From assembly GCA_963663805.2 (NCBI GenBank), contig CAXXMR010000013.1:32001-96000 (forward strand): a stretch of DNA of 64,000 nt. The letters run 5' to 3'. The position numbers and the translations under genes are program-made. The notes under the pieces are model-generated. The model was not told where the DNA came from and did not search any database. It saw only the letters and a list, made by a program, of their open reading frames with translations. This document shows positions 62,574-64,000 of this stretch, one piece after another (within the stretch, counting starts at the first letter, position 1; each line of letters begins with the position of its first letter). The DNA comes from Sedimentisphaerales bacterium (GTDB lineage: Bacteria > Planctomycetota > Phycisphaerae > Sedimentisphaerales > SM23-30).

Positions 62574-63099
62574 ATGAGTAAGAAAATCAAAGGTTTGATG
62601 CAGGGCGAGTTCAAGAATCGGTTTGAAGAAGTAACCGAATGCGTAGTGGTCTCGGTCCGGGGCGTCAGCGGAAACGACAATAATGAGATGCGGGGCGAGC
62701 TTTTGAGCAAAGGTATTCGTCTCAGTGTTGTGAAGAATTCGCTGGCTCGTCGGGCGTTTGAGGAAATGGGTCGGGGTGACATCAAGGATGTTTTGGAAGG
62801 TCCCTGCGCAATCGTATACGGGGGGCGACAGCGTAGTTGACGTTGCCAAGGAAATGGTTGAATGGGCCAAGAAGTTGGCGGCCTGTGAAGTCAAGGGTGC
62901 TTTCCTCGATGGTAAGGCCCTGGACGCGGCAGGTGCCCTTGAATTGTCCAAGATGCCGAATCGCGTGGAGCTTCAGGGTCAGATTGTCAACCTGGCGATG
63001 TCTCCGGGTGCGAAGGTTGTTGGGGCGATTACCGCTCCGGCGGGCGTTATCGCGGGCTGTTTGAAGGCGATTATCGAGAAGGGCGAAGACGCTGCGTAA
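62574..63099 (+). CDS. rplJ: 50S ribosomal protein L10, +1 indel in a G run near 62822
   Basis: [10 protein letters not shown] and LSKMP motifs in adjacent frames; synteny. Confidence 0.93.
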
Positions 63100-63262
63100 C
63101 GTCAGGCCTGAGGCCTGAGTGAACGGCCTGGTTTCGCTGGCGGTAGAGTCGTACATGTATTTTAAATAGATTTTTTAACTACTGGTTGACTGTCCCTATG
63201 GGGTTAAACGGGAAGTGGTTTCCCGGCACTTGGCTGGTTCAGATTAGACAGGAGTTTTTATT

Positions 63263-63661
63263 ATGAGTGATGAAGCCAAAACCTATTCAGATGACATCAA
63301 GGCCCTGGGCGACAAGATTGTGGCATTGACGCTGTTGCAGGCGAAAGAACTGGCAGATTATCTGAAAGATGAATACGGCATTGAGCCGGCCGCTGGTGCA
63401 GTAGCCATTGCAGCCGCTCCGTCCGGTGGTGAAGCCGCCGCGGAAGAGAAGACCTCTTTCGATGTGATTCTGAAGGCCGCCGGTGACCAGAAGATCAAGG
63501 TTATCAAGGAAGTTCGCGGCGCGACTGGTCTGGGTCTGAAAGAAGCCAAAGATCTGGTAGACAATGCTCCGAAGCCGATCAAGGAAGGTTTGAGCAAGGA
63601 TGATGCCGATGCCCTTCGCAAGATTCTGGAAGAAGTAGGCGCGACCGTCGAGATCGCCTAA
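63263..63661 (+). CDS. rplL: 50S ribosomal protein L7/L12
   Basis: [28 protein letters not shown]. Confidence 0.99.
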   Translation: MSDEAKTYSDDIKALGDKIVALTLLQAKELADYLKDEYGIEPAAGAVAIAAAPSGGEAAAEEKTSFDVILKAAGDQKIKVIKEVRGATGLGLKEAKDLVDNAPKPIKEGLSKDDADALRKILEEVGATVEIA

Positions 63662-63831
63662 GCCAATCCGCAGCACAAGGGATTGTGAAACAGGAAAACA
63701 GTTCGCGGCGTCGGCTTTTAGAAGAGCCGGCGCCAGGACTTTGCCCTGAAGTGTTTAGCTTAAAAGTGAATATAGTTGTTAAGCACTTGTGTTTGAGAAA
63801 TTTTGTAAGAGGCTCTTAGCGAGGACTGACA

Positions 63832-64000
63832 ATGTCTATTAGAGAACCGCGCAGATTTGGCCGGGCCAAAGAAGAAGCTGAAGTACCCGATTTGAGTATC
63901 GTTCAGACTGAAAGCTATGCCCGTTTTCTGCAACTGAACACTCCTGCAGAGCAGCGTATAGAGGCAGGTATCGAAGGCCTGCTCAAGGAAGTATTTCCTG
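63832..64000 (+). CDS. rpoB: RNA polymerase beta subunit, 5' end (runs off the window)
   Basis: MSIREPRRFG..EVPDLSIVQTESYARFLQ..GIEGLLKEVFP; follows rplL. Confidence 0.95.
   Translation, partial: MSIREPRRFGRAKEEAEVPDLSIVQTESYARFLQLNTPAEQRIEAGIEGLLKEVFP

Noticed and set aside
62815..62830. Programmed frameshift in rplJ
   Set aside because: A single extra base in a G homopolymer in an essential gene is a typical sequencing artefact. The same applies to the fucosidase, ricT and 21620 shifts.

Overview
A 64-kb chromosomal window that most likely comes from an anaerobic Planctomycetota bacterium (Phycisphaerae, Sedimentisphaerales-like). That placement is inferred from a Minf_1886-type protein, an LExRxLL-motif giant protein, PEP-CTERM proteins, dockerin-like tails and a non-canonical EF-Tu switch I. 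Housekeeping blocks are accA, tyrA-purL-purQ-recJ, tmk-holB-ricT-metG, and tRNA-Thr-tuf-rpmG-tRNA-Trp-secE-nusG-rplKAJL-rpoB. Several essential genes carry clustered indels typical of uncorrected long-read assembly. Accessory content: (i) the remnant of an element integrated at tRNA-Pro, fused to a truncated two-receiver gene; (ii) a cell-surface island (19.9-30.3 kb) with an apparently complete chaperone-usher-like pilus locus (two CS1/CfaB-like pilins, chaperone, usher) and an embedded beta-helix/dockerin protein; (iii) a PerR-rubrerythrin-FprA-desulfoferrodoxin-ferritin-rubredoxin oxygen-defence cluster next to msrBA; (iv) a NifA-like activator with two divergent sigma54 promoters upstream; (v) a tail-anchored acidic protein carrying many CheZ/FliM-like DDLL helices. 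Intergenic spaces contain a modular repeat system (7-mer arrays, 9-mer arrays and REP-like hairpins joined at AACGGC) plus a separate ~80-bp repeat family. All calls were made by eye from motifs; no database searches were run.
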